Shown here piece after piece: positions 30,921 to 42,931 of a DNA stretch of 64,000 nt. The position numbers and the translations under genes are program-made. The notes beneath the pieces were generated by a model. That model ran no database searches. It saw only the letters and a list, made by a program, of their open reading frames with translations, and was not told where the DNA came from. The stretch comes from Gammaproteobacteria bacterium (GTDB lineage: Bacteria; Pseudomonadota; Gammaproteobacteria; CAJXQU01), in the NCBI GenBank assembly GCA_965238175.1, contig CBDEGZ010000003.1:2784001-2848000 (forward strand), written 5' to 3'. Each line of letters starts with the position of its first letter. Positions within the stretch are counted from its first letter, which is position 1.

Positions 30921-32069
30921 TCAAATCGCAATCTCTGTTCGAACCCATTTCCAGACGATCAAACTTGCCAATACACTCACCATTCCTGCAAAAACAAAAA
31001 CTTCTGAAGGCCCAAGACCTTCCCAAATATAACCACTTAAAAGTGAACCCAATGCACCGCCAGCACCGTAACTCAGCGCACTATATAAGGCTTGTCCTCG
31101 CCCTTGGTGTCGACCTTTGAAATAACGGTGGATCAATTGGATCGCAACTGCATGGTGAATTCCAAAAGTCGCTGCATGTAAAAATTGTGCAAAGAAAATA
31201 ATTATCCTGTCTTCAGGAAATGTACCGATCAAAAACCAACGTATTGCTGCACAGATCAAACTTGTCAGGAGTAATGATTTCAAACTAAATCGATTCAGCA
31301 ATTTCAACATGATCAAAAAAAGTCCAACTTCAGCAATCACTCCAAGCGCCCATAATTGCCCAATTAAGCTACGTGAATAGTCGAATTTTTCGAGATACAA
31401 AGAATAAAATGAATAATAAGCGCCATGTCCAATCTGCATCAAGAAAAAGGCGATCATCATCGCGATCACCGTTGGGTTTTGGATCACATTTTTGATCGGT
31501 TTGTTTTCTGACGTATGTTGGTGGGGAATATCATCCGGTGCGATCAAACTGGTTAACCATATTCCGATGGTCATTACAAAAACTATCCACGGTAATGGTT
31601 GCACTCCAAATCGTTCAAGTGCTGCACCCAGAAAGATTACCGTCAAAATAAAGCCAATCGATCCCCATAACCGTATCTTCGAATAAGCGTGGGCTTCCTC
31701 ACCGAGATGATTTAAGGTCACCACTTCAAACTGAGGTAGGGAGGCACTCCAGAAAAAACCAAACACCAGCATAACGAGTGCTAATGCACCATAAGAGCTT
31801 GCAAATAAAGCACCGGTAAAAACCAAAATCGAGACCAATCCAGCAAAACGGATCACGCCCATTCGATTACCATTATGATCAGCAATCCAGCCCCACAAAT
31901 ACGGTGCGATAATCTTACCGACCACCAGTAAGGCCATGAGCTCGCCGATCTGTGCTGGTGAAAAATCTAATGATTCAAGATATATTCCCCAGAAGGGTAG
32001 AAATGTACCGACAGTGGCAAAATAGAACAGGTAAAAACCTGACAGACGCCAGTATGGAACTTGAGTCAT
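30921..32069 (-). CDS. MFS transporter (MFS_1_like/HcaT-like), coupled to aroC
   Basis: [42 protein letters not shown]. Confidence 0.88.
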   Translation of the reverse strand: MTQVPYWRLSGFYLFYFATVGTFLPFWGIYLESLDFSPAQIGELMALLVVGKIIAPYLWGWIADHNGNRMGVIRFAGLVSILVFTGALFASSYGALALVMLVFGFFWSASLPQFEVVTLNHLGEEAHAYSKIRLWGSIGFILTVIFLGAALERFGVQPLPWIVFVMTIGIWLTSLIAPDDIPHQHTSENKPIKNVIQNPTVIAMMIAFFLMQIGHGAYYSFYSLYLEKFDYSRSLIGQLWALGVIAEVGLFLIMLKLLNRFSLKSLLLTSLICAAIRWFLIGTFPEDRIIIFFAQFLHAATFGIHHAVAIQLIHRYFKGRHQGRGQALYSALSYGAGGALGSLLSGYIWEGLGPSEVFVFAGMVSVLASLIVWKWVRTEIAI

Positions 32070-33169
32070 TCTCCAGGTTGTGCGGGAATAATCGGTGTTT
32101 CAGATTGAACATCTGCATTTTGAGCACGATTCCGCATCAAATGATCCATCACTACTAGCGCCATCATTGCTTCAGCAATAGGTGTTGCCCGAATACCAAC
32201 ACAAGGATCATGACGACCTTTAGTAACCACCTCGATGGTCTCACCTTGCTTGTTCACCGACTGTCCGGGCAAATGCAAACTAGAGGTTGGTTTTAGTGCC
32301 ATGCTGACAAGAATATCCTGGCCAGAAGAAATTCCACCCAGCACACCACCGGCATTATTACTGAGAAATCCTTCAGATGAGATCTCATCACGATGCTCAG
32401 TACCTTTTTGCTCAACGCTATCAAAACCAGCGCCGACTTCGACGCCTTTAACCGCATTAATGCTCATCATCGCTTTGGCTAAATCAGCATCCAATCGATC
32501 AAAAACAGGCTCGCCCAAACCAGGCGGCACACCCTTCGCCACCACATTAATTCGCGCACCGACAGATTCGCCTTCTTTACGTAACGCCTTCATGTAGGCA
32601 TCAAGCTCATCAACCTTACCCGGATCAGGGCTGAAAAAAACATTCTCATAAACCGCATCCCAATCTTTTAACTCAACTTTGATCGGCCCTAACTGAGCAA
32701 GATAACCTTTAATTTTTATGCCGTATTTTTCGGACAAATATTTTTTTGCAATACCACCTGCCGCAACCCGCATTGCAGTTTCTCGAGCAGACGAACGACC
32801 ACCGCCACGATAATCACGGATCCCATATTTTTGTTGATAGGTGTAATCCGCATGCGCCGGACGAAAGGTATCTTTTATATTAGTATAATCTTTGGATTTT
32901 TGATCAACATTGTCGATAATCAAACCAATTGGCGTACCGGTGGTTTTGCCTTCAAAAACACCCGATAAAATCCGCACCTGATCGGGCTCTTTACGCTGGG
33001 TTGTATGGCGCGATGTTCCCGGCTTGCGCAAATCAAGATCACGCTGCAAATCCGCTTCACAAAGCTCCAATCCCGGAGGACAGCCATCAACAATCGCCCC
33101 CAACGCCAAACCGTGACTTTCACCGAAAGTTGTAACGGTGAATAATTTTCCGAAGCTATTTCCTGACAT
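32066..33169 (-). CDS. aroC: Chorismate synthase
   Basis: [29 protein letters not shown]. Confidence 0.98.
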   Translation of the reverse strand: MSGNSFGKLFTVTTFGESHGLALGAIVDGCPPGLELCEADLQRDLDLRKPGTSRHTTQRKEPDQVRILSGVFEGKTTGTPIGLIIDNVDQKSKDYTNIKDTFRPAHADYTYQQKYGIRDYRGGGRSSARETAMRVAAGGIAKKYLSEKYGIKIKGYLAQLGPIKVELKDWDAVYENVFFSPDPGKVDELDAYMKALRKEGESVGARINVVAKGVPPGLGEPVFDRLDADLAKAMMSINAVKGVEVGAGFDSVEQKGTEHRDEISSEGFLSNNAGGVLGGISSGQDILVSMALKPTSSLHLPGQSVNKQGETIEVVTKGRHDPCVGIRATPIAEAMMALVVMDHLMRNRAQNADVQSETPIIPAQPGE

Positions 33170-33337
33170 AGTACAATTCTAATATTTTTCTCAAACGCTT
33201 ATTCTATCCTATATCGTCATGAAGATTCTTACTCACTTTATCTCAACGAGATACGTTTCTTTATTTCAGTGCATTGACTTGTTTAGCCAAATTGGCTGAT
33301 ATTAGAAAACAAATTAGATACATTCAGACAGGAAAAT

Positions 33338-33964
33338 ATGGAAGAAAATACATCTGGAAAAGGTGAGGAATCAATTGTCCCCCAAGAAATAATGAAATGG
33401 AATTGGGGTGCATTTATATTTAGCTGGCTATGGGGTATCCGACACAGTACATATCGTGCACTTTGGATTTTCTTCCCTCCCGTTGGTTTCTTTATGCTTT
33501 TTGCCCTTGGCTTTAAAGGTAGCGAGTGGGCTTGGAAGCACACAAAGTGGCAAAGTATTAAACACTTCCAACAAGTTCAAAGAAAGTGGGCCAAAGCTGG
33601 TGCTATTTTTACTCTTTGTTTAATTCCTCTAATCTTTGCATTTTTTCTAGTTATTAATATCTACATAAAAGATTCGGAACCATATAGATTATCTTTTGGG
33701 ATAGCTTCAACTGATCCAGAAGTCATTAGTATTGTTGGTACTCCAATTGGATCTGGCTTTGTCACTGGTAACATGCAAACATCTGGGCCAGATGGTGAGG
33801 CTAATTTAAGTTATGACATTAAAGGCCCAAATGGTTCTGCAACCGTCTTCGTTAACTCAGTAATGAAAATGGGAAAATGGTCAATTAACTGTTTAGAGGT
33901 TGAAATGCCCAACAACTCTCGCAAAGTTATAGTTGAGTGCGAAAAAAGTATTCAATATTTATAA
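33338..33964 (+). CDS. Membrane protein with WNWGAF N-domain and Coa1-like C-domain
   Basis: KWNWGAF...WAW...F...QRKW; C-terminal G.PI..G...G.ANLSYDIKGPNGSATV. Confidence 0.65.
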   Translation: MEENTSGKGEESIVPQEIMKWNWGAFIFSWLWGIRHSTYRALWIFFPPVGFFMLFALGFKGSEWAWKHTKWQSIKHFQQVQRKWAKAGAIFTLCLIPLIFAFFLVINIYIKDSEPYRLSFGIASTDPEVISIVGTPIGSGFVTGNMQTSGPDGEANLSYDIKGPNGSATVFVNSVMKMGKWSINCLEVEMPNNSRKVIVECEKSIQYL

Positions 33965-34030
33965 ATCGCCGCATAAATCAAAAACACCCCTTCCCAAACT
34001 TGCTCTAATTCCAGCCAGGTAATCGAAAAA
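33953..34030 (-). pseudogene. Possible relic of the prmB 3' end
   Basis: ITWLELEQVWEGVFLI resembles PrmB C-terminal FTWLEF..GG.GVFL; prmB commonly precedes aroC on the same strand. Confidence 0.45.
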
Positions 34031-34158
34031 AGGATAGGATCATCATAGAACGCATATCAAGCGAGCTTGTTTTTCTTCTGTTTAAAGCACTAGTAAAAAC
34101 CGACAAACCATAGATATATTAATTGCGTTCCAATTAAGTCAGCGGTATAAATATCACC

Positions 34159-34527
34159 ATGGCTAATATAAATAACTCCAAAATGGAAAAGGTGGTCGCC
34201 GAAGCACGTCGTGCCAGCGAAAAGCGTGAGCACGGTTACCGCGAGAAGTCATTGAAGATGTATCCGCACATTTGCGGACGCTGTGCTCGTGAATTTACGC
34301 GCGAGAATCTGCATGAGTTGACGGTGCATCACCGTGATCACAATCACGACAATAATCCTGATGACGGTAGTAACTGGGAGTTATTGTGTCTGTATTGTCA
34401 CGATAATGAACACCAACGGCATGAAGAGGCGGCGCGCGGGAATACTTCTACTCGTAGTGCTAAGGTAACCTCTGCCACGCATAATCCCTTTGCCGATCTG
34501 AAATCTATATTGGACAGTAAGAAGTAA
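34159..34527 (+). CDS. yajD: YajD-family HNH nuclease
   Basis: YREKSLKMYPHICGRCAREF, TVHHRDHNHDNNP.DGSNWELLCLYCHDNEH, THNPFADL. Confidence 0.92.
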   Translation: MANINNSKMEKVVAEARRASEKREHGYREKSLKMYPHICGRCAREFTRENLHELTVHHRDHNHDNNPDDGSNWELLCLYCHDNEHQRHEEAARGNTSTRSAKVTSATHNPFADLKSILDSKK

Positions 34528-34539
34528 TGTGCTGTGTTG

Positions 34540-34983
34540 GGTAATGGTAGTGAATATTCTCCGAAGTCATTAGAAACTACCGAGGTAGGCGGCTTCGAAT
34601 TGAGATCCTTCGCAAAAACAGGATAACAAAGTAAAAAGGGCATTTTAACAACCTCAAAGTTAATAGGGTCCTATAACCCTCCTGACCTTGTGAAAGCTCA
34701 TTTCAAATTCTCAACTCCAAAATTCGGTCTTACACAACCTGGCCTAGTTCCGACAGGTCATGCGATATAATCCCGACAGATAGAAATTGATCCAAACCAG
34801 CCATAAAACCATAACTATCGCCTCAGGCGACATAATTTGCCCAAAAATCCATATTCCCAGATCTTGTTTATGGATAATGTGTCACCAGGTAATGTCTCAG
34901 CAATACCTGTTCCTGTTGCAATGTGGTTGTTTGATCCTGCATTGATGGGACTTGTGGGCTTCAAACACAAAAAAACGGCCTGA
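34540..34983 (+). pseudogene. Decayed VPLPA-CTERM (PEP-CTERM class) exported protein; 5' boundary approximate
   Basis: 34861-34983 reads ...VSAIPVPVAMWLFDPALMGLVGFKHKKTA*; upstream frames broken by stops. Confidence 0.65.
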
Positions 34984-35502
34984 TATTAAAACTGCTAAAT
35001 CCTGATCAATAAGGGGATAAATACTTTTACTGACCATACTCTATGAAATACTGCGGTCGGTGCTGGTAATTTTGTCACCAAAGAATTTAATGTCGCAAGA
35101 AACACACGATTATCCCATGGTTCAACTGATGTTGGCGCTTTTAATGTCCGGTATACCACTCGTAGTAGCGTGAATGAGAACTTGAATACTATAATTAATT
35201 CCACGAGTTCTCGATCTGCTGGTCTAATCAATATTGATCACCTGCGGTTGAGATGGGAGAGTCAAGACTCTGATAGTATGACCTCCTTGATAGAAATTAT
35301 CTTTGAAGCCCTGTTAATACCTTTGCCGCAAATTTTGTCGGAGTGAGAGGGCCCAGTGGTTTAGTCTTGAATCTGGATGGTACATCGGTAAATCCTTTTA
35401 ATATTACAGGGACACGGGGCTTCTCGGTTGGGCCTTTGATAATGCCGTATCCTCGATCAGTTTTTCAGCCACCGGATCGGATATATACTGTTCATAAAGA
35501 AT

Positions 35503-35527
35503 AAAGGGGGTATAAGCTACCCTCTTT
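35503..35527 (-). terminator. Probable nuo operon terminator
   Basis: AAAGGGGGTA/TACCCTCTTT hairpin just after the nuoN stop. Confidence 0.55.
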
Positions 35528-35540
35528 TTATTTGGAGCTA

Positions 35541-36977
35541 TCAGTTAAAAACAGCTAAACAAACCGTCAATAAAATCCCCGGCATCAAACCTAGCATCAA
35601 CACAACTAATCCGTTTAGACCTAAAAATAATTTATGATCTGTCGGAGCGATAATTTCAATCTCTTCGGCAGAATCAAAGTACATCAACCTTACAATTCGC
35701 AAATAGAAAAACACACCTATAATCGCAAAAAAGACTGCCGCTACAGCTAACCAGAGATGCCCTACTGCAACAATTTCTTTTAACACAAACCATTTGCTCC
35801 AGAACCCGCCAAATGGCGGAACTCCAGCCATAGAAAACATTAATATCAGCATAATCAAAGCCAACCAAGGACAGCGTTTACCAAGCCCTTTTATATCCTG
35901 TAGTTGATCAGCTTCTTGCCCTGACTGGCTGATTAGGGTAATTACACCAAACGCACCAGCAGTCATAATTGTGTAAACGAGCGTATAAAATAGTGAAGCT
36001 GCAAAACCACTTTGCGTTCCTGCGAGTAGGCCCAGCATCATATAACCCATATGCGCGATCGCGGAATAGGCCAGCATGCGTTTTATGTTTGTTTGTGCAA
36101 CCGCAACGACATTGCCAAGACCAATCGACAGTATCGATAGAATGATCAACATTTGTTGCCAGTCCGCACCAAGCCCCATCAAGGCATCTACCAGCAAACG
36201 ATAAGCTAATATAAACCCAGCCAGTTTAGGAACTGTACCGATAAACATTGTCACTGCGGTTGGTGCGCCTTGATAAACATCGGGTGCCCACATATGAAAC
36301 GGTGCAACCCCAAGCTTGAAGGCAATGCCTGCAACAATAAAAACAAGACCAAAAATTAATAATATTTTGTCATCTTGATAGTTTGCAATCGCATTATTGA
36401 TCACAGAATGATCGAGGCTTCCCGTGGCTCCGTAAATCATCGACATACCGTACAACAACATGCCAGATGCAATTGCACCGAGGACGAAGAATTTCATCGC
36501 CGCCTCTGAGGCTTGTTTGGAATCACGATACATCGCAACCATTGCGTACATCGACAAAGACAATAATTCCAATCCAAGATACATAGGCAGAAAGTTGGCT
36601 GCCGAAGCCATGATCATCATGCCTAATACAGCGAATAATATCAGGACAAAATATTCACCCTTAAACAGATTTCTATCGACGAGATATTGTCGAGAGTAGA
36701 TCAAAACCACAAAACTGATCATATAAATAAATATTTTCAAAATCGTGCTCAACGGATCACTAATAAATAGTCCATTAAAAGCAATTTGTGCTGTCTCAGA
36801 TGAAAACTGTACGCTTAAAAATACGGCAATGGCAAGTGTAAGCAGCGATAAAGAATAAGCTAACTTTTGATGTGTTTTACCAAAGAAAACATCAGCCATC
36901 AGAACAGTGCATGCCATACTGAGCACGAATATTTCAGGAATGGCCAAGCTATAATTCAGCGCGTTAAGGGCGTTCAA
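35541..36977 (-). CDS. nuoN: NADH-quinone oxidoreductase subunit N
   Basis: EAAMKFF, FKLGVAPFHMWAPDVYQGAP. Confidence 0.96.
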   Translation of the reverse strand: MNALNALNYSLAIPEIFVLSMACTVLMADVFFGKTHQKLAYSLSLLTLAIAVFLSVQFSSETAQIAFNGLFISDPLSTILKIFIYMISFVVLIYSRQYLVDRNLFKGEYFVLILFAVLGMMIMASAANFLPMYLGLELLSLSMYAMVAMYRDSKQASEAAMKFFVLGAIASGMLLYGMSMIYGATGSLDHSVINNAIANYQDDKILLIFGLVFIVAGIAFKLGVAPFHMWAPDVYQGAPTAVTMFIGTVPKLAGFILAYRLLVDALMGLGADWQQMLIILSILSIGLGNVVAVAQTNIKRMLAYSAIAHMGYMMLGLLAGTQSGFAASLFYTLVYTIMTAGAFGVITLISQSGQEADQLQDIKGLGKRCPWLALIMLILMFSMAGVPPFGGFWSKWFVLKEIVAVGHLWLAVAAVFFAIIGVFFYLRIVRLMYFDSAEEIEIIAPTDHKLFLGLNGLVVLMLGLMPGILLTVCLAVFN

Positions 36978-38497
36978 TTTATTTTACTCTGCGTAATTTG
37001 ATGGACTAGATTTTCGATACTCGCATGCATCAAATCGAATAATGGTGCTGGCCACAAACCAAACAGTAAAACCATAAACGCCAGACTGGAAAGGATCAAC
37101 TTTTCTCGGCCATTTATATCAACCAACTTCGAAACTTGATCATTGGTCACTTCACCAAAAATCACACGCTTATACATCCACAAGGTATAAGCGGCGCCTA
37201 GAATAAGTGTCATCGCAGCAAAAAATGCGATCCAGAAACTTGCTTTGAATGCTGTCAGTACGATCAAAAACTCCCCAACGAAACCAGAGGTTCCCGGAAG
37301 CCCTGCATTCGCCATTGCAAACAACATCATAAAAGCAGCAAACACCGGCATTGTATTTACGACACCACCATAATCATCAATCTCGCGGCTATGCATTCGA
37401 TCATATAAAACGCCGACGCAGAGGAACATCGCGCCTGAAATAAATCCGTGTGAGATCATTTGAACCATGCTGCCTTCCATGGCCATCGCCGCGCTTTCCG
37501 TCGAACCAGTTCTGTCAATAATCTGGTAGATCATAAACATTCCTAATGTCACAAAACCCATGTGTGAAATGGACGAATAAGCAATTAGCTTTTTCATATC
37601 ACTTTGAACCAAGGCCACAAAACCAATGTAGACGATCGCGATTAAAGACAGGATGATCATAATCCCAGCAAATTCCTGGCTTGCATCTGGCGTGATCGGC
37701 ATGGAGAAACGCAAGAATCCATAACCACCCATTTTCAACATGATGGCGGCCAAAATCACTGAACCACCGGTAGGTGCTTCAACATGTGCATCCGGTAACC
37801 AGGTATGCACCGGCCACATAGGAATTTTTACGGCAAAAGCTAAAAAGAACGCGACGAAGATCCACTTTTGTGCAGCCATCGACAAAGGTAGTTGATGTAA
37901 GGTTTGAATATCAAAACTACCACCCGCTTTACTGTATAGATACAAAAAAGCCACTAACATGAATACTGAGCCAAGGAAGGTATAGAGAAAAAATTTGATC
38001 GTGGCATAGATCCGATTCGGTCCGCCCCAAATTCCAATAATCATAAACATTGGGATCAACATTGCTTCCCAGAAAACATAAAACAGGATCGCATCCTGGG
38101 CGCTGAACACTGCGACCATCAACCCATTCAGGATCAGAAATGCACCTAAATATTGTGATTGCCGATCAGTAATCGATTCCCAGGCAGCCAAGACAACAAG
38201 GATCGTCGTAAAGGTCGTCAGTAAAATTAGCGGCACAGCAATACCATCTACGCCGAGATGATAATGAATATTAAAAATGGGGATCCAGGACAGCTTTTCA
38301 ACAAATTGCATTACGTGCGTGCTGTTATCAAAACCGCTATAAAGTGGGATCGACAGTGAAAAGGTCAGAACCGAAACCAATAGCGCAATTGATTTTGTAG
38401 TATTAACCGAAATATTAGATTTTGTGATCGTTAAGACCAGTCCTGCAACAATCGGCAACCAAATAATGAGACTGAGTAATGGGAAATCAGAAATCAT
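36974..38497 (-). CDS. nuoM: NADH-quinone oxidoreductase subunit M
   Basis: HTWLPDAHVEAPTGGS, KKLIAYSS. Confidence 0.96.
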   Translation of the reverse strand: MISDFPLLSLIIWLPIVAGLVLTITKSNISVNTTKSIALLVSVLTFSLSIPLYSGFDNSTHVMQFVEKLSWIPIFNIHYHLGVDGIAVPLILLTTFTTILVVLAAWESITDRQSQYLGAFLILNGLMVAVFSAQDAILFYVFWEAMLIPMFMIIGIWGGPNRIYATIKFFLYTFLGSVFMLVAFLYLYSKAGGSFDIQTLHQLPLSMAAQKWIFVAFFLAFAVKIPMWPVHTWLPDAHVEAPTGGSVILAAIMLKMGGYGFLRFSMPITPDASQEFAGIMIILSLIAIVYIGFVALVQSDMKKLIAYSSISHMGFVTLGMFMIYQIIDRTGSTESAAMAMEGSMVQMISHGFISGAMFLCVGVLYDRMHSREIDDYGGVVNTMPVFAAFMMLFAMANAGLPGTSGFVGEFLIVLTAFKASFWIAFFAAMTLILGAAYTLWMYKRVIFGEVTNDQVSKLVDINGREKLILSSLAFMVLLFGLWPAPLFDLMHASIENLVHQITQSKIN

Positions 38498-40445
38498 GTA
38501 CAAAAATTCCTAATAACGCTAACAGTCCTAGAATCATTGCAAACGCATAATGATAAAGATAACCAGATTGAATTTTGCGAACAATTTCTGAGAAAAATCC
38601 GATCATTTTCGCAGAACCATTCACGAACATGCCGTCGATCAAAAATCGATCACCGAGACCCGAAAACAAGCTTCCCACACCTCTCGCACCACCAGCAAAA
38701 AACAGCTGGTTAAATTGATCAAACCCATATTTTTTCGTCAACATCCAATGTACTGGTTTAAAGATGGTAGCAACATATCGAGGTAATTGAGGAAAAACGA
38801 TATAACCTAGCCAGGCAGCAAAAACTCCCGACATAGCTAGAATAAATGGTAATTGAGTTATCCCATGCTCGATCATTTCTAACCATCCATGAAAATGTTC
38901 GCCCATTTCTTTTAAGGAGTTATTTTCCGGGAAAACAAAAATACTCTCGCCGAAATAATCTCCAAACAACATCGGGCCAATAAACATCGCACCAACAACG
39001 ACCGACGGAATAGCCAACAAAATCAGTGGAATGGTCACGACGGCCGGAGACTCTTTAAGATTAGTACAGACATTCGCACCCATTCTCTCTTTACCGTGGA
39101 AGACCATAAACACCAGCCGGAAAGAATAAAGTGCGGTGATAAAAACACCCGCAAGTACTGCCCAATAAGCGATGTGAGCACCATAACGATCGGAATGATG
39201 TACCGCTTCTATGATCGCATCTTTAGAGAAAAATCCGGCAAATCCGGGGAAACCGATCAATGCCAGCGAACCAATCAAACTGGTGATCCAGGTTATCGGC
39301 ATATATTTTCTCAGACCACCCATTTTCCGCATATCTTGTTCATGATGCATGCCGATAATCACAGAACCGGCGGCAAGAAATAATAACGCTTTAAAAAACG
39401 CATGCGTTCCCAGATGGAAAATACCCGCAGCATAGGCCGAAACGCCTAAGGCGACTGTCATATAACCAAGCTGAGAAAGCGTTGAATATGCGACGACACG
39501 TTTAATATCCGTTTGAACTAGGCCAAGTAAGCCCATAAAGAAAGCGGTAAACGCACCAATCAAAAGTACGAAGCTCAACGCTGTTTCCGACAATTCAAAT
39601 AAGGGTGACATTCGAGCCACCATAAAAATCCCGGCGGTGACCATTGTTGCAGCATGGATTAATGCTGATATCGGCGTTGGACCTTCCATCGAATCTGGCA
39701 GCCAAACATGCAGAGGTGCTTGTGCTGATTTACCCATCGCTCCGATGAATAATAATATGCAGATCACCGTCATTAACGACCATTGTTTATCTGACCAGAT
39801 ATTGATCGTTTTGTCTGCCATTGCTGGGGCTTGCTTAAATACTTCTGCATAATCCATCGAATTGAAATACATCAGTACAGCTGAAATTCCTAACAAGAAT
39901 CCAAAATCACCAACACGATTAACTAAGAATGCTTTTAGATTCGCAAAGATCGCCGTGTCTTTTTTATACCAGAAACCGATCAAAAGATAAGACACAAGCC
40001 CAACCGCTTCCCAACCAAAAAACAGCTGCATAAAATTGTTCGCCATCACTAACATCAACATGCTAAAAGTGAACAGCGAAATATAACTAAAGAAACGCTG
40101 GTAGCCCGGATCATCATGCATATAACCGATGGTATAAATATGCACCATCAGTGAAACAAACGTCACCACCACCATCATGGTGGCACTCAATTCATCGATC
40201 AAAAAACCAACGTGAAAATCAATCCCACCACTGCTTAACCAGCTATAAATATTAGTATTAATGGCCTGTTCATTGCCCCAAACAATACTCATATAAATGA
40301 TCATCGAAAACACAAAACTAATTCCAACGCCTATAATCGTCAACCAATGCGCGCCGAACCGACCTACCTGTTTTCCAAACAAACCCGTCGTAACAGAAGC
40401 CATCAACGGCGCAAGAACAACGATGACTGCGAGATCAAAAATCAT
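38487..40445 (-). CDS. nuoL: NADH-quinone oxidoreductase subunit L
   Basis: [30 protein letters not shown]. Confidence 0.96.
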   Translation of the reverse strand: MIFDLAVIVVLAPLMASVTTGLFGKQVGRFGAHWLTIIGVGISFVFSMIIYMSIVWGNEQAINTNIYSWLSSGGIDFHVGFLIDELSATMMVVVTFVSLMVHIYTIGYMHDDPGYQRFFSYISLFTFSMLMLVMANNFMQLFFGWEAVGLVSYLLIGFWYKKDTAIFANLKAFLVNRVGDFGFLLGISAVLMYFNSMDYAEVFKQAPAMADKTINIWSDKQWSLMTVICILLFIGAMGKSAQAPLHVWLPDSMEGPTPISALIHAATMVTAGIFMVARMSPLFELSETALSFVLLIGAFTAFFMGLLGLVQTDIKRVVAYSTLSQLGYMTVALGVSAYAAGIFHLGTHAFFKALLFLAAGSVIIGMHHEQDMRKMGGLRKYMPITWITSLIGSLALIGFPGFAGFFSKDAIIEAVHHSDRYGAHIAYWAVLAGVFITALYSFRLVFMVFHGKERMGANVCTNLKESPAVVTIPLILLAIPSVVVGAMFIGPMLFGDYFGESIFVFPENNSLKEMGEHFHGWLEMIEHGITQLPFILAMSGVFAAWLGYIVFPQLPRYVATIFKPVHWMLTKKYGFDQFNQLFFAGGARGVGSLFSGLGDRFLIDGMFVNGSAKMIGFFSEIVRKIQSGYLYHYAFAMILGLLALLGIFVHDF

Positions 40446-40750
40446 CCTTCTAACTCATCCAATTCAGCGACATTAATCGTCTCATGGTTACGGAACAGCA
40501 CAACGAGAATTGCTAATCCAATTGCTGCTTCTGCTGCCGCAACAGTTAGAATAAAAAAAACAAAAACCTGTCCTGCGATATCGCCAGAAAAATAAGAGAA
40601 AGCGATAAAATTCATATTGACCGACAACAACATCAACTCAATACACATAAGAATTATGATCAAATTTTTTCGATTCAGAAAAATCCCCGTCACACTCAGC
40701 GTAAATAAAATCGCGCCGAGAATAAGAAAATGAGAAAGCCCTAACGTCAT
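40442..40750 (-). CDS. nuoK: NADH-quinone oxidoreductase subunit K
   Basis: [17 protein letters not shown]. Confidence 0.95.
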   Translation of the reverse strand: MTLGLSHFLILGAILFTLSVTGIFLNRKNLIIILMCIELMLLSVNMNFIAFSYFSGDIAGQVFVFFILTVAAAEAAIGLAILVVLFRNHETINVAELDELEG

Positions 40751-41388
40751 CAGCTGGCCTCCTCTTTGTTTACTTGTTCGATTTTTACGGGATGCATTTT
40801 CACAATACGCAAGCGATCTTGTTTTTTCACCAAAACCTGTTGCCCAGGATCTGCTGTTTTATTACTACGCGTTTTGCGTAAGCTCAGCATAATCGCAGCA
40901 ATTATCGCCACCAATAAAATCACTGCAGCAATCTCAAACGCATAAACATAATCGGTATACAAAACGCGGCCAAGCTCTTCGGTATTACTATATTCAGCCG
41001 TATGCCGAACCGGCGGAGAAACTTTGTCCGCTGCAAATTTATCTGGCCCAACAACACCAATCATTAAACCCAACATAGAAACTGCAATCACACCACCAAT
41101 CAATAAAAATTTAACGAATCCTTCTTTTAAAACGGCTAAATTAATATCTAACATCATGACAACAAAAAGGAACAACACCATCACCGCACCGACGTAAACA
41201 AGGATCAAAACAATCGCAAGAAATTCGGCTTCTAACAACATCCAGATCCCAGCACTGGCAAAAAATGACCAGACTAAAAATAATGCGGCGTGAACAGGGT
41301 TTCTTACAAAGATCACCATTGCCGCAGCAAAAACCAATATGCTGGCAAAAAGATAAAAAACGACTAGATCATAAGGCAATCCCATCAT
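40750..41388 (-). CDS. nuoJ: NADH-quinone oxidoreductase subunit J
   Basis: [24 protein letters not shown]. Confidence 0.95.
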   Translation of the reverse strand: MMGLPYDLVVFYLFASILVFAAAMVIFVRNPVHAALFLVWSFFASAGIWMLLEAEFLAIVLILVYVGAVMVLFLFVVMMLDINLAVLKEGFVKFLLIGGVIAVSMLGLMIGVVGPDKFAADKVSPPVRHTAEYSNTEELGRVLYTDYVYAFEIAAVILLVAIIAAIMLSLRKTRSNKTADPGQQVLVKKQDRLRIVKMHPVKIEQVNKEEAS

Positions 41389-41870
41389 CGGTATTTCGCC
41401 TCCACTTCCCGATCGGCAGCGATCTCATCTTCTAACAACACGGCGTTGGCTAATAACTTTTCTTTTGTCATTATCAGCTCACTTCGTTCTTCAGCATGGT
41501 ATTCGAAATGTCGTGATTCTACGATGGAATCCACTGGGCAAGACTCTTCACAAAAACCACAGTAAATACACTTACTCAAATCAATTTCGTACTTTGTTGT
41601 ACGTCTGGAACCATCCTCCCGCGCTTCTGACTCAATGCTGATAGCGGTAGCTGGACAAACCGCTTCGCAGAGTTTGCAAGCAATGCAACGCTCTTCGCCA
41701 TTGGGGTAACGACGCAATGCATGTAGTCCTCGGAAACGTGGCGACTGTGGCGTTTTCTCATCAGGGTATTGAACCGTTATTTTTCGGCCAAATAAGTGGC
41801 TTCCCGTTTGTCGAAGACCTTTGAGCAATTCCCACAGAAATAAACTTTTTATGACCTGCCAGATCTTCAT
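41385..41870 (-). CDS. nuoI: NADH-quinone oxidoreductase subunit I
   Basis: [24 protein letters not shown]. Confidence 0.96.
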   Translation of the reverse strand: MKIWQVIKSLFLWELLKGLRQTGSHLFGRKITVQYPDEKTPQSPRFRGLHALRRYPNGEERCIACKLCEAVCPATAISIESEAREDGSRRTTKYEIDLSKCIYCGFCEESCPVDSIVESRHFEYHAEERSELIMTKEKLLANAVLLEDEIAADREVEAKYR

Positions 41871-42931
41871 GCGTCAAACCACGGTGGAATTTCAAACACT
41901 ACCATGCCTCCTACAACAACAATCCAGATGATCGTGAGTGGAATAAATATTTTCCAACCCAAGCGCATAATTTGATCATATCGATAACGTGGAAATGTTG
42001 CTCGAAACCACAAAAAGAGGAATAAGAAGAAAGATGTTTTCAGAATCAACCATAAAATTCCAGGAACCCAGAAAGTATACTTTTCGATGCTCTCTATGCC
42101 TTGAAATGGCGACAACCAACCACCGAGAAACATAATCGCAGAAAGTGCCGAGATCAAAATCATATTAGCGTATTCGGCGAGAAAAAATAATGCGAAAGCC
42201 ATACCCGAATATTCCACATGGAACCCGGCAACAATTTCTGATTCACCTTCGGCCACATCGAACGGTGCGCGGTTTGTTTCCGCAACACCTGAAATAAAAT
42301 AGATCACAAATAACGGCAGTAATGGCAACCAGAACCAGTGAACAATACCACCTTGCTGTGCGAGCACAATCTCTCTCAGATTTAAACTTCCGGCCGCGAT
42401 CAAAACCCCAACCAATGCAAAACCCATCGCAATCTCATAAGAGACAATTTGCGCTGAAGCACGCATGCAACTTAGAAAAGCATATTTAGAATTTGATGAC
42501 CAACCGGCGATCAAAACACCATAAACCGCTAAAGAAGTAAGCGCGAGAATATAGAGTAATCCAGCATTAATATCAGCCAACACACGCAGATCATCAAACG
42601 GGATAACTGCCCAAGCAGCAAGTGCTGGAGCCAAGGTAATAATCGGGCCTAGAAAATAAAGTGTCTTACTGGCTTTTGTTGGCAGAATAATTTCTTTGGA
42701 TAATAATTTGATCGCATCTGCAATCGGTTGCAACCATCCCCCTGGTCCAACTCTATTCGGCCCAACGCGCATCTGGATAAAACCAATAATTTTTCTTTCC
42801 GCAAAGGTAAGATATGCAACGCAACCCATGATCGGTAAAACAATCGCAACAATTTTGATCATGATTATCATAAGCATGGGTATTGGTTCTGGTAACCAAC
42901 CAGAAAACCAAACTTCTAACGAAGTCATCAA
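41867..42931 (-). CDS. nuoH: NADH-quinone oxidoreductase subunit H
   Basis: [27 protein letters not shown]. Confidence 0.96.
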   Translation of the reverse strand: MMTSLEVWFSGWLPEPIPMLMIIMIKIVAIVLPIMGCVAYLTFAERKIIGFIQMRVGPNRVGPGGWLQPIADAIKLLSKEIILPTKASKTLYFLGPIITLAPALAAWAVIPFDDLRVLADINAGLLYILALTSLAVYGVLIAGWSSNSKYAFLSCMRASAQIVSYEIAMGFALVGVLIAAGSLNLREIVLAQQGGIVHWFWLPLLPLFVIYFISGVAETNRAPFDVAEGESEIVAGFHVEYSGMAFALFFLAEYANMILISALSAIMFLGGWLSPFQGIESIEKYTFWVPGILWLILKTSFFLFLFLWFRATFPRYRYDQIMRLGWKIFIPLTIIWIVVVGGMVVFEIPPWFDA

